A stretch of DNA of 64,000 bases from the human T2T-CHM13v2.0 reference genome, Homo sapiens (GCF_009914755.1 NC_060927.1), one strand, 5' to 3'. Numbered from the stretch's first letter, positions 17,258-32,491 are shown. The notes: generated by a model not told the origin, from the sequence alone. A program made the numbers and translations.

Positions 17258-17756
17258 TGTTATAAATAAAGTTTCAGTGCCTCAAAAGAAATAGCACTCG
17301 AATATAAAATTTTCTTTTTCTCAGCAAGGCAAGGTGCTTCTATAGAAGGGTGCGCCCTTACAGATGGAGCAATGATGAGCACACACTTGGACAAGGGAGG
17401 GGAAGGAGTTCTTATCCCTGAAGCACGTGGCCTCTGCTGCTGTGTTGTCCCCCTATTGGCTAGGGTTAGACTGCACAGGCTAAACTAATTCTGATAGGCT
17501 AATTTAAAGAGAGTGACGGGGTGAGTGGTTTGGCGGGAAAAATGGTTATGCAGCCTGGAGAATGAGTCAGGACGCAGCAGGTAGCAGGTAATTGGAATGA
17601 GTCAGGGTGGAGCAGGTGATTGAAATGAGTCAGGATGGAGCAGGTAATCGAAAAAGATTGCTTTATGAGGAAGTTAAGTTTAAAAGTAGAAGGCAAAGAA
17701 TTGAACATACTGACATATTGATTCTTTGAAAAGAAATTTAGAACTCATATCTAACA
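17258..17756 (-). mobile_element. Solo LTR10 (LTR10A/F-like, HERV-I) inserted in L1 ORF1
   Basis: Reverse strand begins TGTTAGATATGAGTTCTAAATTTCTTTTCAAAGAATCAATATGTCAG; internal tandem units carry TGAGTCA. Confidence 0.85.
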
Positions 17757-20032
17757 AGCATAAATAAAAAACAATCACAACTTCTAGAATGAAGGAGACA
17801 TTTAGAAAAATGCAAAATGCGGTAGAAAATCTCAGCAATAGAATCAAACAGGTAGAAGAAAGAACTTCAGAGCTTGAAGACAAGGCTTTCAAATTAACCC
17901 AATTCAACAAAGGCAAAGAAAAAAGAATTTAAAAAACAAACAAAGCCTCCAAGAAATTTGGGATTATGTTAAATGACCAAATCTAAGAATAATTGGTGTT
18001 CCTGAGGAAGAAGAGAAATCTAAAAGTTTGGAAAACATATTTGAGGGAATAATTGAGGAAAATTTCCTTGGCCTTGCTAGAGAACTAGACGTCCAAATAC
18101 AAGAAGTTGAAAGAACACCTGGGAAATTCATCACAGAAAGATCATCATGTAGGCACACAGTCATAAGGTTATCTAGAGTCAAAATGAAGTAAATAATTTT
18201 AAAAGCTGTGGAGGCAAAAGCACCAGGTAACCTATACAGGAAAACCTATCAGATTAACAGCAGATTTCTCAACAGAAACCCTACAAGCTCGAAGGGATGG
18301 GGGTTCTGTCTTTAGGCTCCTTAAACAAAACGATTATCAGCCAAGAGTTTTGTATCCGGTGAAACTAAGCCTCATAAATGAAGGAAAGATACAGTCTTTT
18401 TCAAACAAACAAATGCTGAGAGAATATGCCACTACCAAGCCAACAGTATAAGAACTACTAAAAGCAGCTCTAAGTCTTGAAACAAATTCCTCAAGACACA
18501 CCAAAATAGAACCTCCTTAAAGCATAAGTCTGACAGGACCTATAAAACAACACGATGTAAAAGAAAAAAGTTATTTAGGCAACAAATAGCATGATGAACA
18601 GAACAGTACTTCACATCTCAATACTAACATTGAAAGTAAATGACCTAAATGCTCCACTTAAAAGACACAGAATGGCAGAATGGGTAAGAATTCACCAACC
18701 AAGTTTCTCCTGTCTTCAAGAGACTCACCTAACATAAGGACTCACATAAACTTAAGGTAAAGGGGTGGAGAAAGATATTCCATGTGAATGGACACCAAAA
18801 GTGAGCTGGAGTAGCTTTTCTTATGTCAGACAAAACAAACTTTAAAGCAACAGCAGTTAAAAAAGACAAAGAGGGTCATTATATAATGATAAAAAGGACT
18901 TGTCCAACAGGAAAATATCACAATCCTAAATATATATGCACCTAACATTGGAGCTCCCAAATTTATAAAACAATTACTACTAGACCTAAGAAATGAGATA
19001 GACAGCAACACAATAATAATGGGGGAATTCAATACTCCACTGACAGCACTAGACAGGTCATCAAGGCAGAAAGTCAGCAAAGAAAAAATGAACTTAAACT
19101 ATACCCTACAACAAATGGACTTTGCAGATATTTACAGAATATTCTACCCAACAACTGTAGAATATACATTCTATTCATCAACACATGGAACTTTCTCCAA
19201 GACAGACCATATGATAGACAACAAAACAAGTCTCAACAAATTTAAGAAAATTGAAATTATATCAAGTACTCTCTCAGACCACAGTGAAAAAAAATTGGAA
19301 ATCAACTCCAAAAGGAATCCTCAAAACCATGCAAATACATGGAAATTAAATAACCTGCTCTTGAATGATCATTGGGTCAACAATGAAATCAAGATGGAAA
19401 TTAAAAAATTATTTGAACTGAACAATAATAGTGACACAACTTATCAAACCTTTGCTCTGGGATACAGCAAAGGTGGTGCTAACAGAAAAGTTTATAGCCT
19501 TAAATGGCTGCATCAAAAAGTCTGAAAGCGCACAAATAGACAATCTAAGGTCACACCTCAAGGAATTAAATGATAGCAAACCAAACCCAAATCCAGCAGA
19601 AGAAAAGAAAATAACAAAGATCAGAGCAGAGCTAAATGAAATTGAAACAGACAAACAAAAATACAGAAGACAAATGAAACAAAACCTGGCTCTTTGAAAA
19701 GATAAATAAAATCGATAGACCAAGAAAAAAAGATTAACCTAGAAAAGAGAGAAGATCCAAGTAAGCTCAATTAGAAATGCAAAGGGAGATATTACAACCA
19801 ATACAATGGAAATACAAAAGATCATTCAAGGCTACTATATATACCTTTATGCGCATAAACTAGAAAACCTAGAAGAGATGGATAAATTCCTGGAAATAAG
19901 CAAGCCTTCTAGAATAAACCAGGAAGAAATAGAAACTCTGAACAGACCAATAACAAGCAGCGAGATTGAAATGGTAATTTTAAAATTGCCAACAAAAAAA
20001 GTCCAGGACCAGACAGATTCACAGCTGAATCA

Positions 20033-20413
<381 letters not shown>

Positions 20414-21773
20414 CTAAATCATTCTATGAAGCCAGTATCACCATAATGCAAAAACCAGGAAAGGACATAACAAAAAAAAAGAAAAAAGAAAAGAAAACTA
20501 CAGACACAAAAATTCTCAACAAAATACTAGCTAACCAAATCTGACAGCGTATCAAAAAGATAATCCACCATAATCAAGTGGGTTTCATACCAGGGATGCA
20601 GGGATAATTTAACATATGCAAGTTAGTAAATGTGATACACCACATAAACAGAATTAAAAACAAAAATCACATGATCATCTCAATAGATGCAGAAAAAGCA
20701 TTTGACAAAATCCAGCATCCCTTTATGATTAAAACCCTCAGCAAAATCAGCACAAAACAGACATACCTTAATGTAATAAAAGCCATCTATCTATGACAAG
20801 CCCTTAGCCAACATTGTATTGAATGGGGAAAAGTTGAGAGCATTCCCCCTGAGAACTGGAACAAGACAAGGATGCCCACTTTCATCACTTTTATTCAACA
20901 TAGTATTGGAAGTCCTAACCATAGCAATCAGACAAGAGAAGGAAATAAAGGGCATCCAAATCAGTAAAGAGGAAGTCAAAGTGTTGCTGTTTGTTGATGT
21001 TATGATTACATGGCTAGAAAACCCTAAAGACTCATCCAAAAAGCTCCTAGATATGATAAATGAATTCAGCAAAGTTTCAGGATGCAACGTTAATGTACAC
21101 AAATCAGTAGCACTGCTGTGCACCGACAGTAACCAATCTGAGAATCAAATCAAGAACACAACCCCATTTACAATTGCTGCAAAAAAATAAAATAAAATAC
21201 TTAGGGATATACCTAACCAAGGAGGTGAAAGACCTCTACAAGAAAACTACAAAACACTGCTAAAAGAAATCAGAGATGACACAAACAAATGGAAACACTT
21301 TCCATGTTCATAGATGGGTAGACTCAATATTTTGAAAATGACCATACTGCCAAAAGCAATCTACAAATTCAATGCAATTCCCATCAAAATACCACCATCA
21401 CTCTTCACAGAACTAGAAAAAAACAATCATAAATTTCATATGGATCCAAAAAGGACCCCACATGGCCAAGCAAGACTAAGCAAAAAGAATAAATCTGGAG
21501 TCATCACATTGCTTGACTTCAAACTACACCATAAGGCCATAGTCACCAAAAGAGCATGGTACTGATATAAAAATAGGCACATAGAACAATGAAACAAAAT
21601 AGACAACCCAGAAATAAAGCCAAATACTTACAGCCAACTGAAAGCAAACAAAAACCAAAAGTAGGGAATGGACACCCTATTCAACAAATGGTGCTGGGAT
21701 AACCAGGAAGCCACATGTAGAAGAAGGAAACTGGATCCTCATCTCTCACCTATACAAAAATTAACTCAAGATG

Positions 21774-22227
21774 TATTGGGGTGATCAGACCCAACACCAG
21801 GCCATAGGGGCGACGAAGTCTGGCAGAGTCAAAGGATTGAGAAAAAGACGGTTTGAGAAGGAAAGTGGGACCAGGGGGCCATCGGGATTGTGGAGGCTGT
21901 GGAGGCTGCGGAGGCTGCGGAGGCTGCGGAGGCTGCGAAGGCCCCGATCTCTGGGAGCCCATGCTATTTATTGGTAATTCAACAAAGAAACAGGTGGTGA
22001 GAATGTGGGGGTCAAAAGGGCAGGCGCATGGTCTACAGCTGTTCTTGGTTTAGCATTTATATGGAACAAGTTCTGCTACTTGAGATAATGGGAATACAAT
22101 TGATCTAAGAGCGTAGGAGGGCTAGAAGCAAGGAGCCAGCCAGTCTAGACACATTCCAGAGGACATTATGTCAGACACACAAGCCCTGCCTCAGTTTTTT
22201 TCCCCAACACTCAGCTTTTTCCCAACA
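21774..22227 (-). mobile_element. Solo LTR3-like (HML-6/HERV-K3) LTR inserted in L1 ORF2
   Basis: Reverse strand begins TGTTGGGAAAAAGCTGAGTGTTGGGG; perfect 6-bp TSD AAGATG (21768-21773 and 22228-22233). Confidence 0.8.
21889..21940. repeat. 9-bp tandem repeat (GGAGGCTGY)x5 inside the LTR
   Basis: Direct reading. Confidence 0.92.
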
Positions 22228-22996
22228 AAGATGGATCAAGGACTTAAATCATATCTCAAGACCTGAAACCATAAGAATTCTAGAAGATAACATCGGAAAA
22301 ACCCTTCTAGAGATTGGCTTAGGCAAAGATTTCATGACCAAGAACCCAAAAGCAAATGCAACAAAAATAAAGATAAATAGATGAGACTTAATTAAACTAA
22401 AAGGCTTCTGCAAAGCAAATGAAACAATCAGCAAACAGACAATCCTCAGAGTGAGAGAAAATTTTCACAATCTATACATCTGGCAAAGGACTAATATCCA
22501 AAATCTACAAGGAACTCAAACAAGTCAACAAGAAAAAAACAAACCACCCCATCAAAAACTGGTTTAAGGACATGAATAGACAATTCTCAAAATAAGATAT
22601 ATAAATGGCCAACAAACATGAAAAAAATGCTTAACATCACCTATGATCAGATGTGGTTCAAAACCACAATGCGATACCACCTCACTCCTACAAGAATGGC
22701 CAAAAAAAAAAAGATGTTGGAGTGAATGTGGTGAAAAGGGAACATTTTTACACTGCTGGTGGGAATGTAAACTAGTACAGCCACTATGGGAAACAGTGTG
22801 GAGATTCCTTAAAGTACTAAAAGTAGTTCTACCATTTGATCTAGCAACCCAAACTGGGTATCTACCCAGAGGAAAAGAAGACATGATATGAAAAAGATAC
22901 TTGCATACTCATGCTTATAGCAGCAGAATTCACAATTGTAAAAATATGGAACCAGCCTAAATGCCCATTAATCAACAAATGGATAAAGAAAATGTT

Positions 22997-23066
22997 TTAT
23001 ATATATATATATATATTTTATATATATATACACACACATATATATCTATACACACACACACATATA

Positions 23067-23098
<32 letters not shown>

Positions 23099-23186
23099 CA
23101 TCTCCATGGTATGTATGGTATTCCATGGTGTATATATATGTACATATATATACACATATATATACACACATATATATAATATATAA
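22997..23186. repeat. (TA)n/(CA)n compound microsatellite
   Basis: Direct reading. Confidence 0.92.
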
Positions 23187-23229
23187 ACTCTCAAAAAAAA
23201 AGAAGAAAGGAAAAAAGATCTATTACTCA

Positions 23230-23630
23230 ATAACTTGTGTGAAAATGTTCATAACACCTTTACTTATAACAGCCCAAGCAAAAGTAGATACCACCCAAAT
23301 GTCTACCAAGTGATGAATGGATAAATAAACTGTGGCATATAAATATGGTGGAATATTATTCAGCAATAAAAGAAAGAACTGATACATGCTACATGGATAA
23401 ACCTCGAAAACATTGTGCTAAGTGTAAGAGGCCAGTTACAAAAGACCACACATTGTATAATTCCATTTAAATTAAATGCCCAGGAGGGGAAAATCTGTAA
23501 AGAGAGGAAGTTGATTAGTAGTTTCCTAGGGCTGGGTGGGGGATAGGGGAGGAGACGAGGATTCACTGCTAATGGGTACAGGGTTTTTTGGGGTTTTTTT
23601 GTGTAATAGAAATGTCCAAAATTGATTAAA
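23230..23630 (+). mobile_element. Old L1M 3' end fragment
   Basis: GATGAATGGATAAATAAACTGTGG...GATACATGCTACATGGATAAACCTCGAAAACATTGTGCTAAGTG. Confidence 0.75.
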
Positions 23631-23999
23631 AATATTTTTAATAAAAATAAAATTACAAAAGTGATATTTAAACACACATTGGAGAAAATTCAGTCTTAAA
23701 ATCTGTCCTTTATCTCACTACACTGAGATACTCCAATGAACTATAACCTTCCAGTCTTTTTTGTTTACATTTTCAACTCAAGTAATAACATATATATCTT
23801 CCTTTAAAAAGAAGGAAGGAAAGAAAGAAGAGAACATTACAACAAAGTCCTCTCTACTACCTTGGTCCTCAATCGCTGCCTACTCCTCTAAATTGAGATT
23901 TAACCAATGTTTGGTAAGTATATTTCCAGAATTTTCTCTGCATATTTTTGCTTCACGTGGATGTACCCAGAGTAAATGTATAGTACTGTTTTGCACCTA

Positions 24000-24890
24000 A
24001 GGTTTTTATTTATGTGCAATGTAATCATTTGGTAGCTTCATGTAACCATCACCACAATCAAGACACAGAACTGTTCTATCATCACAGGGCTTTCTGGTGC
24101 TACCTTTTAGCCTTAGAGCCACATCCATTCTCCCTCTCACCACTTCTTAACTTCTGGCAACCACTAATCTGTTTTCCATCTTACTATTTTTTCTTTCAAG
24201 AATGTTATATAAATGGACTCATACAGTGTATAACCTTTTGAGATTGCCTTTCTCACTTGGAATAATTCCCTAGAGATCCACCTAGGTTGTTGTGCCGGTT
24301 GTTTTCTTTTTACTACTGAATAGTGTTCCATGATATAGATGTACCATAGTTTGTTGAAGCATTCACTCATTGAAAGATACTTGAGTTGCTTTCAGTTCTT
24401 GGCTATTAAGAGTTGAGCTACTACAAACATTTGCATACAGCTTTTTACTTGAACATAAGTTTCCATTTCTCTGGGATAAATGCCCAAGAGTGCAATTGTT
24501 TGGTCATATGGTAAGTGCATGTATAGTTTTGTAAGAGACTGTCATATTTGTTTCCATAATGGCTATGGCATTTTTATATTCCCACCAGTAAAATGTAAGT
24601 GATCCAGTTTCTCTGCGTCCTTGCCAGCATTTGTTATCACTGGTTATTTCAGTCATTCTGATTGGCATGGTTTTAATTTGCATTTCCCTAATTGCTAAGC
24701 TATGGAGCTTCTTTTCATGTGTGTATTTGCCATCTGTATATTCTCTGTGGTGAAATGTCTGTTCATGTCCCTTGACCATTTTCTTATTGGATTGCTTATT
24801 TGTTTTTTATTATTAAGATTTGATAGTTCTTGGTAAGTTCTACATGCAGGTCCTTTGTCGAATAGGTGGTCCACATATTTTCTCCCATCT
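24000..24890 (-). mobile_element. Old L1M (L1MC/ME-like) fragment
   Basis: Reverse L1 3' region; ORF track shows AIREMQIKT and KCWQG. Confidence 0.75.
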
Positions 24891-26018
24891 TTTTTTTAAG
24901 GTCAGTGTTTATTTTTATTGAAGTTATACATGCACATATTTAAGTAGGCAAATACTTCTATAAGGTTTGTTGTGAAAAACAGTAGTACTGGATCCGTTCT
25001 TCTCAACCTTCCCCTCTGCAGAAACAATCACTTTCAGCTCTTTTAGTTGGCTCTTTTGGTATTTACCTTAATGCATCTATTAATAAATAACATGCTTATT
25101 ATTTACCAATGGTGGGGGAACAGTATCTATTGTCTCTCCACTATGAAAAATGAAGATTTAGCCTTTTTTACCCTTCCTTTCATCCCAAGCCCATGTATAT
25201 ATCCGAATTTTCACTCCAATTCCTCCAAAACAAATCTATAATCTCATATTCACAACTTAAGAATTGCAAATTTATGAACTACAAAAAGTTTTTTCATAAC
25301 TGACCCAATCTGAACTCATTTGGCAGCAAAACCTGAAGAAAAGCTAGAAAACTTGAAAAGAAGCTACTATCTTTATTTATACCACTTAATGTAAATATTC
25401 GTGTGTTACACGGCAGAAATACTGATGTGTTTAGGGAATGATCGCTGCGACCCTGCTGGGGATGTTCTGTAACAAACGCATAGTGTTATCAAGAACTTTG
25501 GAATACACACCATTTTTCTTAAACAGATTTGAATTCTGAAACAGATTTGACCCAGGGGTTTTATATGTGGGATTGTGGACCTGAATAGTAATTATTTGGT
25601 TATATAAATATTCAGTGTTTAGTTATTATGACTATTAAATAGAATCTATTCACAAGCAAGTCATGTTATGATGATGATCATTAATGTCAAAACCATACAG
25701 AATTATTTTTATAGATTAGCACATTTAAATTACAGAGGAATAACATAAGCTCCTCTAATAGGAATTTATTTGATGTTTTTCCTGTGTGTTTTTTTGCAGA
25801 AGTTTAAATTGAGCACCACTTCTTTGGGGTGTTTGTGCAAATCTCATCTTCTCAGTGACACCTTCCCATTACACCCTATTTATTGATTTATTTTTAATGT
25901 TGATTATTTTATTAATATTGTTATTATTAGCATTACCTATTCTTTTTTCGACTTTATTTTTAAATTAAAAAAAATTCAATAGCTTTTGGATACAAGTGGT
26001 TTTTGTATAATTGTATAA

Positions 26019-26372
<354 letters not shown>

Positions 26373-28878
26373 TGAGATTTAGTTCGCCCATCATCTGACT
26401 ACTGTACATTGTACTTAGTAAGTAGCTTTTTTCCTCAGCCATGTTCCACCCTCCCCTTCCTGAGTCTCCAGAGTCCATTATATCACTCTGTATGCCTTTG
26501 CACAGTACACCCTGTTTAAAATGACATTCCCCCATCATCTTCCTATCTCCTTCTTGTGCTGTCTCTGTTTATTAATTCTGAAATACTATATTTTAAAATG
26601 TTTGTTTATAGTATGTCTTCTCCCCATACATACTCATTAAAATGTAAGCAGGAATATTTCTTTCTTCTCACTACTGTTTCTTTATCACCTAGAACAGTTC
26701 CCAGGCCACAGTAGGTGCTCAATAGTGACTTGGTTAATAAATGGATTTTGCTATTTGCGGTGTAGGTATTCATCAAGAATGAGGAAAGATCCTTTATTCA
26801 TTGAAAACAAGTGCCAAAAAAAGGGATTTTGTCAACTTTTAATTATAAATGCTTCATTATTATAACTACTTTTCTGATAATTTTGACTGATTAATATTAA
26901 GTAGACTTAGAAGATAAAAAATTTCATTGCATAGCAGCTACTATCTCATATTGTCTTTTAAATTAAGGACAAATTGATTATAGTCCTGAACCTATTAATA
27001 TAATCCTTTTAAAATTATGTTTTGTGCATTTTGTTGTTCATATTTGTATCTACCTTAAAAACACAGAAAATGAAGAGACACTAATATTATGTTAATGGTG
27101 TATATTGAAAGACAGGGCAAGAAACATTGGAAAATTAGCCATAGATTCTACTATTATTTTAATTCTCCAGCACAGTACAAATATTACTTAATCCCTACTC
27201 TATGAAATTACATCCTAGCATTTAATGCTAATCACTTGGAGGGTCTTGGCTTACAAACTCTATTGATGTTTTATAGAAGTAAACATTATTTGTTTACTCA
27301 TTTACTGGCTAAATGAGTAGCCTTCTGGTACAGCCCTTGACTTGAAGACAAGAAAATACACTTTAGGTAGATATTTTATTGCTTCTTGACTGAGTCGTTT
27401 TAAACTCTCTATTTTGGCGATAATACTCTCAAAATGAAAAGGAGCTTAGAGCCACTACTTTATACTCAACTTACTAGGAAAATAATTTGTCATAATCATT
27501 TCCATGGAATTAAAATGTTTTTTCAATTAAAAGTACAAAAAATTTTAATGTGAAAGTTTCTTCACCATAGAAGATTATTAGAGTAAAAAAGAGTTTTAGA
27601 TAATCTAGAACATCTGGAACTGCCTGAAAGCATGAATTGCTCTGAATTGTTTCAAAATGGTTGTTTTGAAGTGGTCTGTTTTAGAAATTACTACATTTAA
27701 AAATTTATGCATAGTGCATGCTGAGTGTATGATCCCCTGGGTTGCAAATGGCCAGGCAGTGATATTCCAGCAGCTCAAGCCAATTCACAGGGACAGAGTA
27801 ACTTTAAAGTAAAGCAGACAGAATTTTTAAAAATTGACTTTGTTAGAGACTGTAAAAGGTTGGGAGAACCTCATAAATTTTCTGGCCCAGAGATCATTTA
27901 CCACTGAGCAGAAGACACTGAAGATATACAAGCTAAGGACAAGAAGATGATGAGTCTTTCCAAAAGAGCTGCTGCGTGTCCTTCTTTGGTTTCCAGATGG
28001 TTCTAAAAGAAATCCTGACAAGTGATTTTCACAAAATCCTACCCACAAATTAACAAGGAGTTCTTGGTAAATAACATGAATCCATACATTGTTATTGCTG
28101 CATATTACCTCTTAATGCTATGTACATTGTAAATTCTGAATTTTGTCAGTATAAGGATTAATAAGGAAAACGTATTTGAGGTATTTCTCCAAACAGGATT
28201 TATGTAGCATGCTTCATTTTCAGAAAGGTATATATTTTCTATATGTACAAAATGACAGACATTTGAAGACTTTCTTCAATAGGGACACATGGAAATATTT
28301 TATTATAGTAAACCATTTCCTAAGGTATATTTGCTTTACAACTTGTTTAAAATTTAGGTTCCATATTATATACCATACCCTCTATACCAAAACATTTTTT
28401 TGGATCATCATATTTCAGAAATATCATTAGTTTGTAACAGGGTCAGGTCCTAAGCATTCTGGATAAACAATCTTCTCTGTTTGATATGTTTATGAAATAT
28501 ACGAAATGTTTATACCTACATACAAAAGCACTAAGTTGTATCAAACCCTTCTAAAATGTAAAAAAAAAAAATTGGCTTTAAACCAACTGAAAACCTTCTA
28601 CAATAGATATTTTTTAAAGCATAAGACAAAAGCACATACAAGTGCAACATTGGATATGACTGAGGGAGTGACTTCCGTCACTGATTCACAGAAACTCGGC
28701 TTGGGAACAGAAAGAATGAATGGGTGGGGGATGAGGAATCTGGTTTCTTGATGACTATCTAATAACTAATACCTAATGAGACTGCACTGTGCTGCAATCA
28801 GTTACCAAAGGTAAAAATTATCAGTGGAATTTAGAAATGGTGGTAGACTCAACTCCAAAGGAAGGCGATCATTTGAAT

Positions 28879-29479
28879 TATAAACCAAAATGTATCTGAG
28901 ACAGGTCTCAATCAATTTAGAAAGTTTATTTTGCCAAGGTTAAGGACGCCCCTGTGACACAGCCTCAGGAGGTCCTTACACGTGCCTAAGGTGGTCAGTG
29001 TACAGCTTGCTTTTACACATTTTAGGGAGACATGAGACACAATCAATATGTGTAAGATGTACATTGGTTCCATCAGGTAAGGAGGGACAGCTTGAGGCAG
29101 GGGCTCCCAGGTCATAAGTAGATAAGAGACCAAAGGTTGCATTATTTTGAGTCCTTTGATCAGCCTTCCACTGAATACACAGTTTAGTCTTGCTCAGTGA
29201 ATCTGCATTTTTACATAAACGATAGGGGAGAAATATGGGATTTCTGCAATCAGATACGCATTTGTCTCAGGTGAGCCTCAGAGGGATGACTTTGAGTTGT
29301 CTTTTGTCCACAAGGAATTTCCTTGTGGGCAAATTGTGAGGGAGGTATGTAGCTTTTTCTTTTTGCAACTATCTTACTTAGGAATAAAATGGAAGGCAGG
29401 TTTGCCTGACATAGTTCCCAGGTTGACTTTTCCCTTGGCTTAGTGATTTTGGGGTCCCAAGATTTATTTTCCTTTCACA
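28879..29479 (-). mobile_element. MER4-type ERV1 solo LTR
   Basis: TGTATCTGAGACAGGTCTCAATCAATTTAGAAAGTTTATTTTGCCAAGGTTAAGG ... TTCCTTTCACA. Confidence 0.8.
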
Positions 29480-30565
29480 GGGGACATAAAGAAACACAAA
29501 ATAAAAAGAAATATAGTAAACATACAATCCCTTGGCTGTATCTATAATAGCTAAAGTTGAGAGTGAAAGAAAATGCTAGGGTGGATGTTGACCTTGAACC
29601 AAACTCAGATTTTGGTAAGTCTCAGCTATGGCCACTAGCCTCAGGCAACCCCCAAAAGGAACAATTATGCTAGGACAACAGAAGGTAGCTCTGGTCAGCT
29701 AGAGGGTACTTCATGTTGTGGGAGGGCAAACCCATAAAACTACTGAAATCAGTAGGTATAGTGTGAAGGAGCTGTTTCATTTCGTGGATAGTTATCAGCC
29801 TCCTGAAGAATCTTTACCAAAGTGGACTGTGAGAGTATCTAATTTAGGGGAAGTACCTTTGGTTTTGAATGCTGCAATGCAGAAGATTATGAGATTATGT
29901 TTAGGTTGATACAGGACCCACAGCTCACTATGGAACAATCATAGAAGGTTGTATGTGATCCAGACACACAGCAGGGTTATTCCAGAGGGAAGAGCTGGCT
30001 TGGTGGACTGGATAAAAGCCACTGTAAAGAGTGTATTTACCTTGAGAAGGACTTTCTGATTCTCTCTATAAATGTCAAGTGAAATAGCCCAGATGAAGCA
30101 GCTGATATGCTTTGTATGCAAACCACTGAAACTGGCTTTATGATTATCAGCATATTTATCTACTGAATATGGCCATTACCCAGTCATGGTAAATGCTGTT
30201 ATTAAAGGGACCCCTTTTGCAAAGGCACCCCATGTAAACTTACTCTTACAGAATTCAACAACAGAGAAGGCTTATTGGATTTTCTGTCTCTGCTTTTTGA
30301 TGTGGGTCATAAAGATATCAAGAACATTAATTAACAAGACAATGAGAAGAGACAGCAGAAACAAAGGATTCATTCCAGCAGGGTGGAAATTTTTAGATGG
30401 TTATTAAGAAATGAGATGAATAAAATGGGCACTGATGGGTTGAAATAAAGATCTTAATATAGCACTATAGAAGGTCGGGTGGACCAATGGGACCCCCTCT
30501 CCTGGGCCTCCAACATTAAAAGGACTCCTAAAAGTCTGCTTTATTTATCCCAGTTTGGAGGAATG

Positions 30566-30712
30566 TTTTTTTTTTTGTTTTTTTGTTTTTTGTTTTTAAT
30601 AGAGACAGGGTCTCATTATATTGCCCAGGCTGGTCTCAAACTCCTGGCATCAAGCTATCCTACCATCTTGACCTCCCAAAGTATTGAGATTACAGGCATG
30701 AGGAGACTGACC
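30566..30712 (-). mobile_element. Alu monomer (FLAM-like)
   Basis: T-rich tail and reverse left monomer. Confidence 0.8.
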
Positions 30713-31514
30713 TTGTATGGAAAATGCTGTAACCCTGTTAAACTTCTTTGTCTCTGCTTTTATAAAGGAAACCTTAACTTCTCCACTTTAGAGCACTGAC
30801 CCCATTCCTTTGGAATCTGTGTTTTCCGGGTGGCTATCCTCGAGCTTTTCAAACTCTATACTTAATCTTATTTTCTAAATCTAATGATTTGAGTTTGACA
30901 ACAGTAAAACAAGCCAAGTAAATCCACCCATCAAGCCATATTTATTGGACAGGATAAATGAGGATGAATGAGATTCCCAACCCCACACAGTCCATAATAG
31001 AAGCTGGAGTGTTGGTCTGGACAAACTCTTGGTGTAATCACCCTGCATAGAGCAGAGGGCTTCTGCAAAAGCCCATGAGTGCCTCACAGAAACAATGACT
31101 GGACCATTTAGATGTTGGACTAGAGAATTCCCATTTGAGGGGCAATTAATAGCTTGCTGTCAGACATTAATTGAAACTGCCTCTATGACTGAAGGACATA
31201 AAATAATTTTGAAAACTGTAATATCCATCGTATCTTGGTTGATGTCAGAGAAACACTAATGAGGAAGAAAGTGTTTGGAAGCGCTCCATAATAAAGTGGA
31301 AATGATTTGTATAGGAATACATACTGGGGGGATGTAGTGTACTCATCAGCTGGTAGACACTTTTCCCCTAGGACTGCCTTTGGAAGCCCCCAAGGAGCTG
31401 CCAGATTCTGTCATCACTTGGACAATATGCCATAAACAGCTCGTTTGATCAATAAATAGCTGTTTGGTTTATGGATAGCAGTTCCAATGTGATCAGACAA
31501 CATCATTACTCTGA

Positions 31515-31818
<304 letters not shown>

Positions 31819-32491
31819 TAAAAACAAATCAGCTTGGTGGGCTCTATTGCATGCTATTTATTCTTATGTTTGGGTTTCTACATACTCATTGGCGGTGGCC
31901 AGTGGCCTGGTCATATGGTCAGGCAGAAGAGCAATGGAGATTGGTCTATTAAAGGGATGCCCTTACACGGCATGGCCCTGTGGAAATCATTATGGGAATC
32001 TGAGTGGTGCATTAACGTAAGACATGTCAGTGCTCATAAGAGGACCTCCCTTCCAGCATCAAAAGGTGATTGGAGTCCATGAGCAGATATCCAGTTTATT
32101 CACTTGATATAACCACCTGGGTCCATAAAATGACTCTGGGGGAGCTGCAGCAATACATAGATGGCGTGAATATAGACATGCTCGTCTTACATCTTCTGAG
32201 GAAAAAACTACCAATAAAAATTGTTCTGTCTGCCAAAAAGAGAGACAGAGACTCCAGATAGACGGCCAGGGGGCAGATTTCCCAGGGAGAAGGCCCTACA
32301 CATAGAGAACAACTTACACTGATGCCAGTGGCCAGTGGCCATCGGCGAGCTACAAGTGGGTCCTGACAGGAGTAGGCACTCTGGACTGGGCTTTGCTTAC
32401 ACAGGGAGAGATGCAAATACTTAAGAGTATCAGTTATGCCCAGTCAGGTATGATCCTTTTACTATAAAAGATCCTGGGTCAAAGACAAGGG

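Noticed and set aside
21750-22053. ORFs with PPQ, RRL or CGG repeats (metallothionein- or keratin-associated-like)
   Set aside because: Translations of the 9-bp tandem repeat within an LTR
22911-23313. Tyr/Ile/His-rich ORFs
   Set aside because: Translations of the (TA)/(CA) microsatellite
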